The notes: a model not told the origin generated them from the letters alone. Positions 33,088-44,110 are shown, counted from the first letter of the stretch. The stretch: DNA of 64,000 nt from Microcoleus sp. (GCA_042408215.1 JAYFMW010000008.1:32001-96000); one strand, 5' to 3'. Program-made: numbers and translations.

Positions 33088-34653
33088 TTAAGCCCCTTCT
33101 TTTAGAACTATGGCGATCGCAGTTTCGGCAATCTTGAGTAGAGCCTCTCGATCGGCATCAGTCAATACAGATCCGCTTTCGATTTGCAGGCTCATATCGG
33201 GTAACTGAGTGGTCACTGAGCTCCGTCGAAGTGCGGATATGGCTTGGGCGATCGCTTGCTCGGCAATGGCAATTTTGGCGATCGGGACGCGATCGAATAA
33301 ACCTGCTGTCACCGAAAGCAACACCGCGATTTGCACAGCCGCCGCCATTGGTACATATTGCTTTTGTTTGAGAATTTCACGCACCCTTCGCCCACGTTCT
33401 AACGTGAGACGAGTCGATTCTTCTAAGCGCGTACCAAAGCGAGAGAAAGCCTCCAGTTCTTCAAATTGAGAATAGGAAAGACGCAAATCTCCAGAAACAG
33501 AACGATAGGCTGGGAGTTGAGTTTTGCCACCAACTCGTGAAACCGATTTACCGATTTCGATCGCCGGTAATACTCCCTTTTGAAAGAGAACTGGCGAAAG
33601 ATAAATCTGTCCATCGGTAATCGAAATTAGATTAGTTGGAATATAAGCAGCCATGTTTTGCGCTTCTGTTTCGAGGATCGGCAATGAAGTTAAGGAACCA
33701 CCACCACGTTCAGCATTGAGATGGGTAGAACGTTCGAGTAAGCGCGAGTGAATGTAAAAAATATCCCCAGGGTAAGCTTCGCGTCCGGGAGGGCGGCGCA
33801 TTAAGAGCGATAGTTCTCGATAGGCGCGAGCATGATTAGTCAGGTCATCGTAAACAATTAGTACATCGCGCCCTTGATCTGTAAAATATTCTGCCATTGC
33901 AGTCGCGGCATAGGGCGCGACAAACTGTAATCCTGGTGGTTCTTCTCCTGCTGCCATTACGACCGTTGTATAGGCCATTGCGCCCTGTTCATAGAGGTCG
34001 GCAATCAGCTTGGCAACAGCGGCACTGCGCTGTCCGATCGCACAATAGATACAGAGAATATTTTTGCCTTTTTGATTGATGATTGTATCGAGGGCGAGAG
34101 CGCTTTTACCTGTTTGGCGATCGCCTAAAATCAATTCTCTCTGTCCGCGTCCAATCGGAATCAGGGCATCGATCGCTTTGATCCCCGTTTGCAAAGGCAC
34201 ATTCACGGGCGATCGATCCATGATTGGAGGAGCATCACGTTCAGCGGGACGGCGCCCTGAAGTTCGCACCGCGCCTTTACCGTCGAGGGGACGACCGAGG
34301 GGATCGATCACTCTTCCTAATAGGGTTTCACCCACGGGGACATCGAGAACTTTGCCAGTGCGCCGCACTTCCGTACCTGACTGAAGTTTATCGCTAGAAT
34401 CGAGCAGAATTACCCCAACTTCGTCGGGATCGAGGTTAAACACCATCCCCAGACTGCCGCCAGCAAAACGGACAATTTCTTCTGACTGCACATGAGGCAA
34501 ACCAACGATTCTAGCAATTCCTTGCCCAATTGATTGCACAATCCCGATCTCTTGCGATCGCAATTTCGCTTGATGGCGATCGAGAACGCGATCGTAGAGT
34601 GCAAAAGTATCTTGTAAAACTGTCTGTAAAGCTTCTTCTGTTTGGTGCATCAT
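33088..34653 (-). CDS. atpA: N-ATPase alpha subunit
   Basis: [38 protein letters not shown] and ISITDGQI. Confidence 0.95.
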   Translation of the reverse strand: MMHQTEEALQTVLQDTFALYDRVLDRHQAKLRSQEIGIVQSIGQGIARIVGLPHVQSEEIVRFAGGSLGMVFNLDPDEVGVILLDSSDKLQSGTEVRRTGKVLDVPVGETLLGRVIDPLGRPLDGKGAVRTSGRRPAERDAPPIMDRSPVNVPLQTGIKAIDALIPIGRGQRELILGDRQTGKSALALDTIINQKGKNILCIYCAIGQRSAAVAKLIADLYEQGAMAYTTVVMAAGEEPPGLQFVAPYAATAMAEYFTDQGRDVLIVYDDLTNHARAYRELSLLMRRPPGREAYPGDIFYIHSRLLERSTHLNAERGGGSLTSLPILETEAQNMAAYIPTNLISITDGQIYLSPVLFQKGVLPAIEIGKSVSRVGGKTQLPAYRSVSGDLRLSYSQFEELEAFSRFGTRLEESTRLTLERGRRVREILKQKQYVPMAAAVQIAVLLSVTAGLFDRVPIAKIAIAEQAIAQAISALRRSSVTTQLPDMSLQIESGSVLTDADREALLKIAETAIAIVLKEGA

Positions 34654-34664
34654 GCTTCCTCATA

Positions 34665-34810
34665 ATATCAATTCCGGTTGCACCGGAATGATTGTTTACG
34701 GTTTACCGTTGACTGTTAACTGTTAACTGTTTACGGTTGACTGTTAACAGTTAACAGTTAACAGTTAACTGTTAACTCAAATTTACTATTCCGATGCTAA
34801 CGGATTTGAT
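34665..34810. repeat. MITE-like element with internal (TGTTAAC)n heptamers between atpF and atpA
   Basis: TIR-like ends ATCAATTCCGGTTGCACCGGAAT / ATTCCGATGCTAACGGATTTGAT; related ends near 44378-44469. Confidence 0.65.
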
Positions 34811-34836
34811 CTAATTTGTCGAAGTCAACATTAGTT

Positions 34837-35628
34837 CTAAACCGTGACCGATTCTTCTGCAAAAACCGTAACTAAATTCTCGGTAATTGTATCTAAGTAA
34901 GCATCCATACTCCACGCTAGTTTATAGCCAGTGCCGCGCAATTCAATTCCACAAATTAGATTGGATTGGATTTCACAAGTCAGCGCGATTTTACCTGAAC
35001 CCACCGCGCTGAAGTAATCTTGCAAAACCCTAGCGATCGCTTCACAAATATCCGTCGGTAGCGTGAACGTACTCACCAACGTCAACGGAATGCTATCTGT
35101 TGTCGAAGCAGTTAACGTCGTCACCAATTCAGCACGCTCTGCTTCAGTTAGAGCGCGTAACCTCTGCAAAAATATCCTTGCAATCTGCGTTTCTAATTCC
35201 GACTCTGCCAAGTCAGTCAACACTCGCCGCACAGTTGTCTGTAATTGCTGGATGGTGCGATAGGATACCTCCCGCAAAAAAGCATCTCTCTGACGTTGGA
35301 GAATGGATTGCCATTGCGATCGCTCTGTCGCCACAGACTCCTGTATTTCTTTTAATAAGCGTTGGCGAGTTTGCTCCGCTTCTAGTTTAGCTTGGGTGAG
35401 CAATTCTGTCTGTTGATCTGCCAAATTCTGCTGCATTTCCTGATAACGCTCGACCTCCTCTTGTGCTTCTTTTTTTTGTTGAGATGCTGACAACAACCGA
35501 TCGCCGATCGTCTTTTCGCGGCGTTCCATTGCCTGGGTAATCGGTTTATAGAGCAGGCGTTGCAGCACAAAAATCAACACAAAAAAGTTGACTATTTGCG
35601 CGAAGAAAGTAAACCAGTTAATCTCCAC
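34837..35628 (-). CDS. atpF: N-ATPase subunit b (long form with delta-like C-terminus)
   Basis: INWFTFFAQIVNF..L..LLYKPI, coiled coil, LICGIEL. Confidence 0.9.
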   Translation of the reverse strand: MEINWFTFFAQIVNFFVLIFVLQRLLYKPITQAMERREKTIGDRLLSASQQKKEAQEEVERYQEMQQNLADQQTELLTQAKLEAEQTRQRLLKEIQESVATERSQWQSILQRQRDAFLREVSYRTIQQLQTTVRRVLTDLAESELETQIARIFLQRLRALTEAERAELVTTLTASTTDSIPLTLVSTFTLPTDICEAIARVLQDYFSAVGSGKIALTCEIQSNLICGIELRGTGYKLAWSMDAYLDTITENLVTVFAEESVTV

Positions 35629-35632
35629 CTCA

Positions 35633-35941
35633 TCAGCCTCCTACTTTGGCGACTGCACCGATCGCATAGTTCCAAAATGGATTAGCAAATAGCAGAATTA
35701 GCGAGATCACAAAGCAATAAATTGCCACGGATTCGATAAAGGCTAAGCCCACAAATAAGGTGCGGGTAATCGTATTTGCTTCGTCGGGCTGTTGGGCGAT
35801 CGCGCTGAGAGCTTGAGCAACGGCTTTACCTTCACCGAGAGATGGGGCGATCGAGCCGATCGCCATTGTCAGACCCGCCGTTAAGATTGACACAGTGCCA
35901 ATAATTCCAATTAAAAGTGATAGAGATTCATTCTGAGCCAT
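35633..35941 (-). CDS. atpE: N-ATPase subunit c
   Basis: AIGSIAPSLGEG, AQQPD and FIESVAIY. Confidence 0.93.
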   Translation of the reverse strand: MAQNESLSLLIGIIGTVSILTAGLTMAIGSIAPSLGEGKAVAQALSAIAQQPDEANTITRTLFVGLAFIESVAIYCFVISLILLFANPFWNYAIGAVAKVGG

Positions 35942-36605
35942 GATGTTCGTTACTCGCAGAACCAATATAAACAACTGCTAAAATTGCGAAAATATATGCC
36001 TGAATTAAGCCGGTCAACAAGCCTAAAGCCTGCATAATGATGGGAAAAAAGAAGGGCGCGATCGAGATTAAAATTGCACCGATCATTCCTTCACTCATCA
36101 CATTACCAAACAATCGCACTGCTAGAGCTAAAGTCCGCGAGAGTTCGCTGATTATATGAAAGGGTAATAAGATCGGACTTGGTTCTAGGTAATGGCGGAG
36201 GTATTTCCAGATTCCTTGCTGACGAATACCAAAAACGGGAACAGCAAAAAATACGGATACCGCGAGGGCGGCAGTGGTGGAAAGTGAGCCAGTGGGCGGG
36301 TGATAGCCAGGGACGATCGCTAAGAGATTGGAGGTAGCAATAAAAATAAACAGGGTTCCCACAAAGGGCAAATAGCGATCGGGATTTTGTCCACTGGTTT
36401 GCTGAATCTGCTCGCGTAAACTGACAACCAAAACTTCCAGCAGGTTTTGCCAATGGGATAACTGCGGGTCAGTCGAGAGTTGGCGCGTCACCAGCCAAGC
36501 GCCCACCCCTAATAGTAGCACGATCATCCATGTGAAGACCAAAGTGGCGTTAATCGTCACGAATTCCCACTGCCAATAGACGATCGCATCTGAACTAATA
36601 TGCAT
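35928..36605 (-). CDS. atpB: N-ATPase subunit a
   Basis: PPTGSLSTT, SRTLALAVRLFGN and IQAYIFAILA. Confidence 0.93.
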   Translation of the reverse strand: MHISSDAIVYWQWEFVTINATLVFTWMIVLLLGVGAWLVTRQLSTDPQLSHWQNLLEVLVVSLREQIQQTSGQNPDRYLPFVGTLFIFIATSNLLAIVPGYHPPTGSLSTTAALAVSVFFAVPVFGIRQQGIWKYLRHYLEPSPILLPFHIISELSRTLALAVRLFGNVMSEGMIGAILISIAPFFFPIIMQALGLLTGLIQAYIFAILAVVYIGSASNEHHGSE

Positions 36606-36900
36606 TGAGTCTCCTGGGTAATTTCTGCTGCAACTTGTTAATCATGCGATTGCGTACCCAAATGAAGGCGCCTACGCCAACGAGCAGATGCCAAATTGCG
36701 TATTCTTGGGCGATCGCTAGCACCAAGGCAAATCCGGCGATCGCGATCGCTAGTCGCCCAAAAAAGCTGCCAAACGTTAACAGAATCGGGTTTTGGGCTG
36801 TAGGCAATTTTTGCACCGTCATCCACAAGCCACGAAAGTAGAGATTTCCCAGCAAAATTCCTAATATGAAAGTGACAGGTAAAAAGAAGAGGCTGTTCAT
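36595..36900 (-). CDS. atpR: N-ATPase subunit AtpR
   Basis: LG.LYFRGLW.TV and SFFGR motifs; AGGAG RBS before the ATG at 36900. Confidence 0.8.
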   Translation of the reverse strand: MNSLFFLPVTFILGILLGNLYFRGLWMTVQKLPTAQNPILLTFGSFFGRLAIAIAGFALVLAIAQEYAIWHLLVGVGAFIWVRNRMINKLQQKLPRRLNAY

Positions 36901-36964
36901 GCTAAATCTCCTAATATTAAGCTCCATTTTAGTATTGATTCCTGAAAAAGCCACACTTCGACTA

Positions 36965-37340
36965 CACTCAGTACACCGCTTTTTAAACACAAGAGAAACA
37001 TTAACCAAACTAATCAGCACAGGAACTTCTACTAAAGGGCTAATCACGGCTGCAAACCCTGGGAAGCGAGTTAATGCCAAATAAGGCGATCGCCACAGCA
37101 ATTCCTAACTCAAAGTTATTATTGGCAGTCAAAGCTAGAGTGGCGGTTTTTGCATAGCCTGCTTTAGCACGCCATCCCATGTAAAAGCTGACAAAAAACA
37201 TCACCACAAAGTAGATAGTCAAGGGCATTGCAATCCTCACCACATCCCTAGGAATTTGGACGCTCAGATAGCCCTTCCAACTAAACATGACAAGGATCGT
37301 AAACACCCAGGCGATCGGCGTGATTGGGCTGATTTTAGCG
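36965..37340 (-). pseudogene. acr3: C-terminal remnant of ACR3 arsenite efflux permease
   Basis: [21 protein letters not shown] and, frameshifted, [14 protein letters not shown]. Confidence 0.75.
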
Positions 37341-37379
37341 GTAAGAGGGGCGCTTTTTGCGCCGCCCCTCCTACCCTCT

Positions 37380-38378
37380 TTACAGCAGCAGCGTATTGAA
37401 TATATAGCCAACGCTGATAATGCCAACGGTCATTAACCCAACAAATACGGCTAATAGTTGAGGTTTCAAAACTTTTTTAAGAATCACTATTTCAGGCAGA
37501 GATAGTGCTGTTACTGCCATTGTGAAGGCTAAAACTGTACCCATTGGCATTCCTTTATTTACTAAAGCTTCGGTAATCGGCATTACACCCGCAATGTTCG
37601 CATAGAGTGGCACGCCCAAGATTACGGCGATCGGGACAGCAAAAGGATTATTCGCGCCTGCATATTTGATAATGAAATCTGTCGGCACATAACCATGAAT
37701 AAGAGCCCCGATCGCAATACCACCCACGACATAGAGCCACACCGATCGCACAATGGAGCTCGATTGGAACCTTCCTTGCTCAAATCTTTGACTCCAAGTC
37801 AGTGCCACAGGTTCTAGGTTGTCTTCATCTTCTAGAGGCATTGCTTGACGAGATTTTTGCAGTTCCCAAACAAATGGTTCTACCCATTTTTCTAGTTTTA
37901 GTAATCCGATGATGTATCCAGAGGCGATCGCCAAACCCACACCAAAACCGATATAGATCAGCGTCACTTTCAACCCAAACAATCCCCACAAAAGGATAAC
38001 AGCAACTTCATTTACCATTGGCGCTGCCATCAGATAGGAAAAGGTCACGCCTAAAGGCACACCTGCTTCTAAAAATCCGATGAATAAAGGAACCGCAGAG
38101 CAAGAACAGAATGGCGTGACGATTCCTACCATTGCAGCCAAAATATTTCCCGCAAAAGTGCGTTTTCCTTCTAGCAAAGAGCGAACGCGCTCTGGTTCTA
38201 AAAAGCTCTGAAATGTCCCAACAATAAAGCTAATTACAATTAGTAATGTTAAGACTTTTGGCACATCGTAAAGAAAGAAGTGCAGACTCGATCCTAAATG
38301 CGATGAAATCGACAAGCCCAAGAGTTGGGTGACAATCTGGGTTGCCAACCAATCAAAAGGATAAAATGGATCGAACAT
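37380..38378 (-). CDS. ArsP/DUF318 family permease
   Basis: [19 protein letters not shown] and ALSLPE motifs. Confidence 0.85.
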   Translation of the reverse strand: MFDPFYPFDWLATQIVTQLLGLSISSHLGSSLHFFLYDVPKVLTLLIVISFIVGTFQSFLEPERVRSLLEGKRTFAGNILAAMVGIVTPFCSCSAVPLFIGFLEAGVPLGVTFSYLMAAPMVNEVAVILLWGLFGLKVTLIYIGFGVGLAIASGYIIGLLKLEKWVEPFVWELQKSRQAMPLEDEDNLEPVALTWSQRFEQGRFQSSSIVRSVWLYVVGGIAIGALIHGYVPTDFIIKYAGANNPFAVPIAVILGVPLYANIAGVMPITEALVNKGMPMGTVLAFTMAVTALSLPEIVILKKVLKPQLLAVFVGLMTVGIISVGYIFNTLLL

Positions 38379-38390
38379 AACTTTGCCTCT

Positions 38391-38633
38391 TTAACGCTGC
38401 AATAAGGGCTGAATTTGTTCTGGACTGAGCACTTGACCTTTGCTGACGACTTTGCCATTGATTGTCATGGCGGGAGTAGACATCACACCTCGTTTAGCGA
38501 TTTCGATGGGGTCGGTAATGTGCAGAATTTCAGCATTTAAATTGAGATTAGTTACAGCTTGTTTGGCATTTGCTTCTAGCTGTTGGCACTTTTTGCAGCC
38601 TGTACCCAAAATTTCAATCTCGATCGCATTCAT
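38391..38633 (-). CDS. Small redox-active disulfide (thioredoxin-like) protein
   Basis: ILGTGCKKC and GVMSTPA. Confidence 0.85.
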   Translation of the reverse strand: MNAIEIEILGTGCKKCQQLEANAKQAVTNLNLNAEILHITDPIEIAKRGVMSTPAMTINGKVVSKGQVLSPEQIQPLLQR

Positions 38634-38687
38634 GGCATAACTCCTTTTTTGTATTCTCTAATTCAGTTCAGCTAATGTCTAGATTCT

Positions 38688-39116
38688 CTAGACCTTTTTC
38701 TCAAAGTAAGTATGAGCAAAACTTCCAAGAGGACAGTTAGGCTTCTGGTCAATTCCCAAAGTCTGAAATTGCTCAAGATATTGCGCCTCTGTCCAGCCTT
38801 CTTGTTCGGCCAATACCAATAAGATAAATACGCCCGCCCGCAATCCAGAGGCACAGCGAGTATAAATCGGCTGGGGGGATGCTTTCACCGCTTGCTTGAA
38901 GGCTTCTAGTGTTTCGACGGTCAAGTTTTTGGGTGAAACGGGAACACTGACATATTCCAAAGCCTGTTCTTTCACCATTGACGCATCAAGCTGATTTCCC
39001 TCAGCAGCAGGACACAAATCAATGACAGTCTTATAGCCTTTTTGGGCAATTTCTTGCAAGGCTTCAGAATCAGCAAGAGAACCAATGGCGGGGGTATTGG
39101 TGATGGTTTTGAACAT
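38688..39116 (-). CDS. DUF442/phosphatase-like sulfurtransferase domain protein
   Basis: GYKTVIDL and CASGLRA (Cx4R) motifs. Confidence 0.7.
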   Translation of the reverse strand: MFKTITNTPAIGSLADSEALQEIAQKGYKTVIDLCPAAEGNQLDASMVKEQALEYVSVPVSPKNLTVETLEAFKQAVKASPQPIYTRCASGLRAGVFILLVLAEQEGWTEAQYLEQFQTLGIDQKPNCPLGSFAHTYFEKKV

Positions 39117-39154
39117 AATGACGCACTCAATAGATGATAATCTTGGTTGATTCA

Positions 39155-39186
39155 AATATAAACCCTATACCCATGTATAATGTCAA
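39155..39186 (-). promoter_or_regulatory. MerR-type promoter/operator
   Basis: TTGACA-20 bp-TATATT on the minus strand, with dyad TATAC-atgg-GTATA in the elongated spacer. Confidence 0.75.
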
Positions 39187-39240
39187 GGGGTTTTTCAAAA
39201 TATCTGGTTTTTGATTTTGACGATCTTTAAGTAGGGTTTT

Positions 39241-39423
39241 TTATTGTTCTGTGTCAAGGACGAGGCATTGATAAGCTGGATCGGGATGGTCAAAGTTGGT
39301 TTTGCATTGCTCGACTAAAGGTACTAGCTCATCATGGAGCGATCGCAATTGGTCGATATTTTCCTCAATTGCCTTAACTTTTTTGCTGAGTCTTTCATAA
39401 ACAGCTTTACAGGTGAGTAGTTT
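39241..39423 (-). pseudogene. C-terminal remnant of MerR-family regulator
   Basis: TC..VYERL..K...IEENI.QL..L..EL..L...C...C is the dimerisation/metal-binding helix; truncated by the IS607 element. Confidence 0.65.
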
Positions 39424-41154
39424 CCGACACTTTTTTGCTAACAAACGCTAACAAACGTATAAGTTAAGAGAATCTCTAAACAAAGGCGTGTCAACCAATG
39501 CCTCGCCCGTGAAAATCCCGCGAGCACCATTTAGATCCCGATCCATCTTCAACCCGGTGGCTGCGGACTTAATAGTTCTAGCGCCACCTAGATTTTTAAC
39601 GATTTCGCCCGTCCACGACACAGTTTTCGATGTGTAAGCTTCGTTGCAGTCAATCACGAGTTTTGAATTTTCCCAAGCTTTCCACTTAAGAAAAATCTTA
39701 AATTCGTAATGGCTTAGAGTCAACATTTGTCTCACCGTTTTGTTTCTCAACTTACGGCGTGACTTCGACACCATTTGAGAACTCTCGAATGTAGGCAACA
39801 GGATTACATCAAAATTATCAACTAAAAACTTAGCTACTTTGTGATGTAACTCCTTGACCAGGCTCTTGATTTTGCAACGAAGCCTACTGACTGCTTTCTT
39901 GAATCTTTTTTTCTGCCGGCTGGGGGCTTTAGAGATTTTCGATACCAATTTGTCCAACCGGAAACACAATTTCTGGATGTGCAAATTAGAATCATTTCCG
40001 AGCCAACCATAGGAGCCTTCAGAAAAAAACGTCAGGAACGTGCGGACACCGGGATCTAGGGCAACTAGACGACCTTGGTTATCGGTCTTAACTTGTTGCA
40101 CTTCTTCAGAAACAACTAGGTAATATTCGCCGTAAGTGAGAGTCAATCTACCGTCACTAAAATTTGCAGGCAAGGCTTCTGTTAACTGAAATTTACCTAA
40201 AATCGAATGATAGACACCGCAGTCTTTTATAGCCGACTTTGGCACATAAATAGATTGTTTGGTGTCTTTTTTGCTGCGAAATTTGCATTTACGAAGTTGA
40301 CTATCTTTCTTGAAGCCTTGCTTAGCTGCTTTGACTGCTGAGCAAGCATCTTTGATGGCAATCGACTTGATTTGGAAAGGTACAGGTTTTGCCCATTCTG
40401 GCAAACTGTTGAGTATTCCAGTTTTGAGCGTCATCCAGTTAGCTTTTGTGCCTAGTTCTTGGAGGTATTTGATGGTCGCGTTGTAGACAAAACGACTCAC
40501 TCCAAACTACTGCTTGATTAAAGCTTTTTGTTGAGGATTTAGGAATAGACGGATCTTCCTTGATTTTCTTGCTGTAACTTCTGAGCCCGTGCATTCTGCA
40601 ACGGTCGCCGTGAAGGATGGCAAGAAGATCGCTTGTGAGTTCGGTTTCCGGGCAGTGAACAGTTCGGTCGAGAACCATGATTTGTCCACCGTTTTGCCAG
40701 GCCATGAACTCGAATAGTTCAAATCCGAATCGACACAATCTGTCGCGACAACAACAACAACCGTGAGCTGTTCGCCGCGCATAAATCTGACCAGTAAGGC
40801 TTGCAATCCTTTTCGCTTAAAGTTGAGTCCCGACCCGATATCTTGGGTGATTTCGGCGTCGGGGTATTGCTGTCGCATGAAGTCAACTTGTCTAGCAAGG
40901 TCGTCTCGCTGCTTGGGAGAACTGACGCGACAGTAGCAAACAATGGTAGTTCCAATTGCACCGCGCTGGTAGGACTCGACATCGTAGAGTCGTTGCCCTG
41001 CTTCGTTTTTGATGCTTTTGATCTTCCCTTCGTCTGCATATTTTCTCAAGGTATGTGGATGCAATCCCAGAAATTCGACTGCTTTTCTGAGTGGGACGTA
41101 TGCCATGCAGCCAATAGTAGCATATGTTAGTAAAAATTAGCAAATACTTTACTG
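39424..41154 (-). mobile_element. Degenerate IS607-family element (tnpA serine recombinase + tnpB)
   Basis: TnpA has HTH-YCRVSS, DIGSGLN and RDRLCRFGFE split by a frameshift near 40745. TnpB has ALDPGVRT, PTFE, NEAYTSKT and DRDLNGA with an in-frame TAG at 40507-40509. End coordinates are approximate. Confidence 0.85.
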
Positions 41155-41199
41155 TGCGTCAACCTCAAACCTAGCGAAGTTTATCGCTTTGTGTTGAGT

Positions 41200-41284
41200 C
41201 AAGATTCACGGTGGTTAAAACCACCCGCGTCGTTTCCCTCTCAGGTCTAAAGACTCGCTCGTTTCCCACTTACCGAACTTTTTT
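41200..41284 (+). mobile_element. Isolated terminal segment of an IscB-type element
   Basis: GTCGTTTCCCTCTCAGG...GTTTCCCACTTACCGAACTTTTTT matches the element ends at 4976-5050 and 52225-52299. Confidence 0.75.
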
Positions 41285-41465
41285 ATGAAGACTTCCTTGG
41301 ATTGTATTCCCTGTCTTTTGCGTCAATCCCTAGATGCCGCTAGGTTAGTTTCGCCCGATCCCTCTGTCCATGAGCGGGTTATTCGAGATGTTCTGCATTG
41401 GACAGGGGAAATGGACTTAAACCAATCACCGCCTGCGATCGCCCAACGCATCCATCGGCGGTTAC
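41285..41465 (+). pseudogene. N-terminal fragment of DUF89/ARMT1-like phosphatase
   Basis: MKT.LDCIPCLLRQ and SPPAIA..IHR; cut by an IS605-type insertion after TTAC. Confidence 0.7.
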
Positions 41466-42824
41466 CAAAAGTTTGGGTCTAAAGCCCCGTCCTTCTAGGA
41501 CGGCTTTAATTTCTATAAAGTGTAAATAATTATTAAACCTACGCACTTTTTAAACACAGTGATTTGTAAAAATGATAGAATAATGGCATGATTGTACTAG
41601 AGTTTAAGTGAAAGAGCAAAGCGCAGCAAGATCGGATTATCGACGAAATGATCCGCACAGCTCAATTTGTCCGAAACAAAACTCTTAGATATTGGATTGA
41701 TCATCAAGGAGTTAAGTTGGTCGATCTATACAAACAATGCGCCATCATGGCTAAAGAGTTTGAATGGGCAGGAAAACTTAACTCGATGGCACGTCAAGCT
41801 TCGGCGGAACGTGCCATTTTTGCTATCCAACGTTTTTTCTCGAATTGCAAAGCTAAGAAGCCAGGAAAAAAGGGATATCCACAATTTAAAAAGCAAACTC
41901 GTTCCGTAGAATATAAGACATCAGGATGGTCGCTTTCTACAGACAAAAGATGTCTCACTTTCACAGATGGCTTTGCCGCTGGAACCTTTAGGCTACTTGG
42001 TAGTCGAGATTTGCACTTCTATGCACCTGGTGAAATCAAACGAATCAGAGTAATCCGTCGTGCCGATGGCTACTACGCTCAGTTTTGTATCGACGTGGAA
42101 CGGACAGAGGAAACAATTCCTACTGGCAAAGCCGTAGGGTTGGATGTAGGTTTAAACCATTTCTACACTGATAGCACCGGAGAAACAGTTTCTAATCCTC
42201 GACATCTCCGTCAAAGTGAAAAAGCTTTAAAGCGGTTACAGAAACGAGTTTCTCGGAAAAAAAAAGGTTCCAGTAACCGTAAAAAAGCAATCAATAAGTT
42301 AGGAAGGAAACACCTGAAAGTCAGTAGGCAACGCAAAGACTTCGCCATCAAGGCGGCGTTGTGCGTGGTGAAATCTAGCGATTTCGTAGCCTACGAAAAC
42401 CTTCAGATGAGGAATATGGTGAAAAACCATAAGCTTGCAAAATCAATTAGCGATGCAGCTTGGTCACAGACTCGATCATTATTTGCAATACTTTGGAAAA
42501 GTGTACGGTAAAACAGTAGTTGCTATTGCTCCTCAGTATACTTCCCAAGATTGTTCAAGTTGTGGGAATCTAGTTAAGAAATCGCTTTCAGTTAGGACTC
42601 ATGTTTGCAGTTGTGGCACTGTTCTAGATCGTGACCATAACGCAGCTCTGAATATTTTGGCGAAAGGATTGAAAGCCCGTGCAGGAATCAATTTAAATAC
42701 GGTGGGGCACACCGAAATTAACGCTTGGGGACAGACCGACCTCTACTCGTTGGTGGTAGCATCAACGAGCAAATCGACTGACTGAACCAAGAATCAAGAG
42801 TGCCTTCAGGCCGAGGAGTGTCAA
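41466..42824 (+). mobile_element. IS200/IS605 (IS1341-type) tnpB element; tnpB disrupted
   Basis: TTAC|CAAAAG left end with hairpin AAAGCCCCGTCCTTCTAGGACGGCTTT; right end ...GAGGAGTGTCAA. tnpB (41588-42785; GLDVG, YENL, TSQDCSSC, DRDHNAA) has a TGA at 41609 and a frameshift near 42470. Confidence 0.88.
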
Positions 42825-43225
42825 GCTTCCTCAATATCGAGGTTGCCCAGGAAATCCCAGTTAGAGTTAGAATAATAACCGTGTCTAGCAGTTATTATTC
42901 CAGATTGCTTGATTTGTTTATTTAGTTGATTCCACAGGCTCCAAACGTGCTTAGTTGACTTCACATCAACAAAGGCGGTTAAGGAGCCTGGTATCTTTTC
43001 GCTTAATCTCATCCCTCGACGGGCAATTACTAATGCCGGCGCCTCGTCACTAGCCAAGCCATAGATCCTCAGATATTTGACTAAACCAATAATACTAGAA
43101 TAGGCGGGATTGACTGTTATTAATTCAATCCCTCTATTAGAAAGTATTGAATTTAACTGTTTATCAAACTCAGAATAAGCCCAACTTGATAACATCCTAG
43201 CATATTTTCGCTCGCGCTCTCTCAA
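42825..43225 (-). pseudogene. C-terminal fragment of another TnpB-like gene
   Basis: YARMLSSWAY, VNPAYSSIIG and ALVIARRG. Confidence 0.7.
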
Positions 43226-43409
43226 CGGCTCCAGCTTTGGCTGTATCTTTCCAGGTTAGAAATCCGCGCACATTTTCAGTGGTGTGGTAGTCTTGGCCAA
43301 TGATCGAGAGCTTTTGCAGATCGAAGCCTTCTTTTGGCAGCTCCAATACAACCCTTTCTGCTTCTGCATGGGAGGGGAAATGACCAACAATCCTATGTGT
43401 ATATGCCAT
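43226..43409 (-). pseudogene. Truncated general-stress (17M/YflT-like) protein
   Basis: VGHF..HAEAE.VV.EL...GFD..KLSIIG.DY; fused to TnpB debris. Confidence 0.6.
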
Positions 43410-44110
43410 GAGTTTGTTTCCTTTGTTGCAATTTATCCGCTGTCAACTAATGCCCCTACAAGCTTGGTTTAATCGTGTCTTGCTTCTCTGTAGTTACCGC
43501 AGCAGTTTCAGCATCTCGTCTAGCAGCGATCGCTTCCAAGGTTGCTTTTTCGGCTTCTTCCATCGCCGCCATTGCTAATAAAATCGCTGTATTTGCATAT
43601 TCTTCAGCTTGCTCTGCCCGATGTTCGAGTTTCGTGAGTTCGCGACTCGCTTTCCATTCCTCGACATTCGACTTCACCTCAGATTCTTTGGCCTCGAATT
43701 GAGTTTTGAGCTTGGCTCGGTACTCATCGAATTCTTGTTTCTTAGCGTCTAGCTTTGTCTTCATTTCGTCGAGTTTCGATTGAATCTCAGCTTGAGTTTT
43801 TTTCGGCGCTGATTGAATGCTTTCCTTGAGAGATTTTGCTCGCTCTTCAACGGCTTCTAAATTGTCATGAAGTTGTTTGGTAAAGTTATCAATTGCAGTA
43901 CCCATGATGCTTCCTCTAGTATGTTGAGTTTCTAAGACTTGTCGAGAGTGTTATTAAATTGCCAGCCAGCTATAAAAGTCGTTGTTGTCAATGACCTCAT
44001 ATACTCTACTGGTGAAAAACTGAAATAACTCTTTCATGATTTGATGATTTCATGATGCGGAGTTATTGCCATCTATCTTAGGTTTAAGATGTGAATATCT
44101 TGAGAGGTAG
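43409..44110. repeat. ~700-bp direct repeat, copy 2
   Basis: Matches 28521-29213. Confidence 0.92.
43456..43905 (-). CDS. Coiled-coil hypothetical protein (paralog of 28559-29017)
   Basis: Near-identical translation to the first copy. Confidence 0.8.
   Translation of the reverse strand: MGTAIDNFTKQLHDNLEAVEERAKSLKESIQSAPKKTQAEIQSKLDEMKTKLDAKKQEFDEYRAKLKTQFEAKESEVKSNVEEWKASRELTKLEHRAEQAEEYANTAILLAMAAMEEAEKATLEAIAARRDAETAAVTTEKQDTIKPSL

Noticed and set aside
36901..37101. AtpR with a long N-terminal extension (168-aa ORF)
   Set aside because: The extension is in-frame acr3 debris; the RBS and ATG at 36900 fit better.
40730..40760. Programmed frameshift in IS607 tnpA
   Set aside because: The shift lies in a (GTT)n slippage tract and the partner tnpB also has a nonsense mutation, so decay is more parsimonious.
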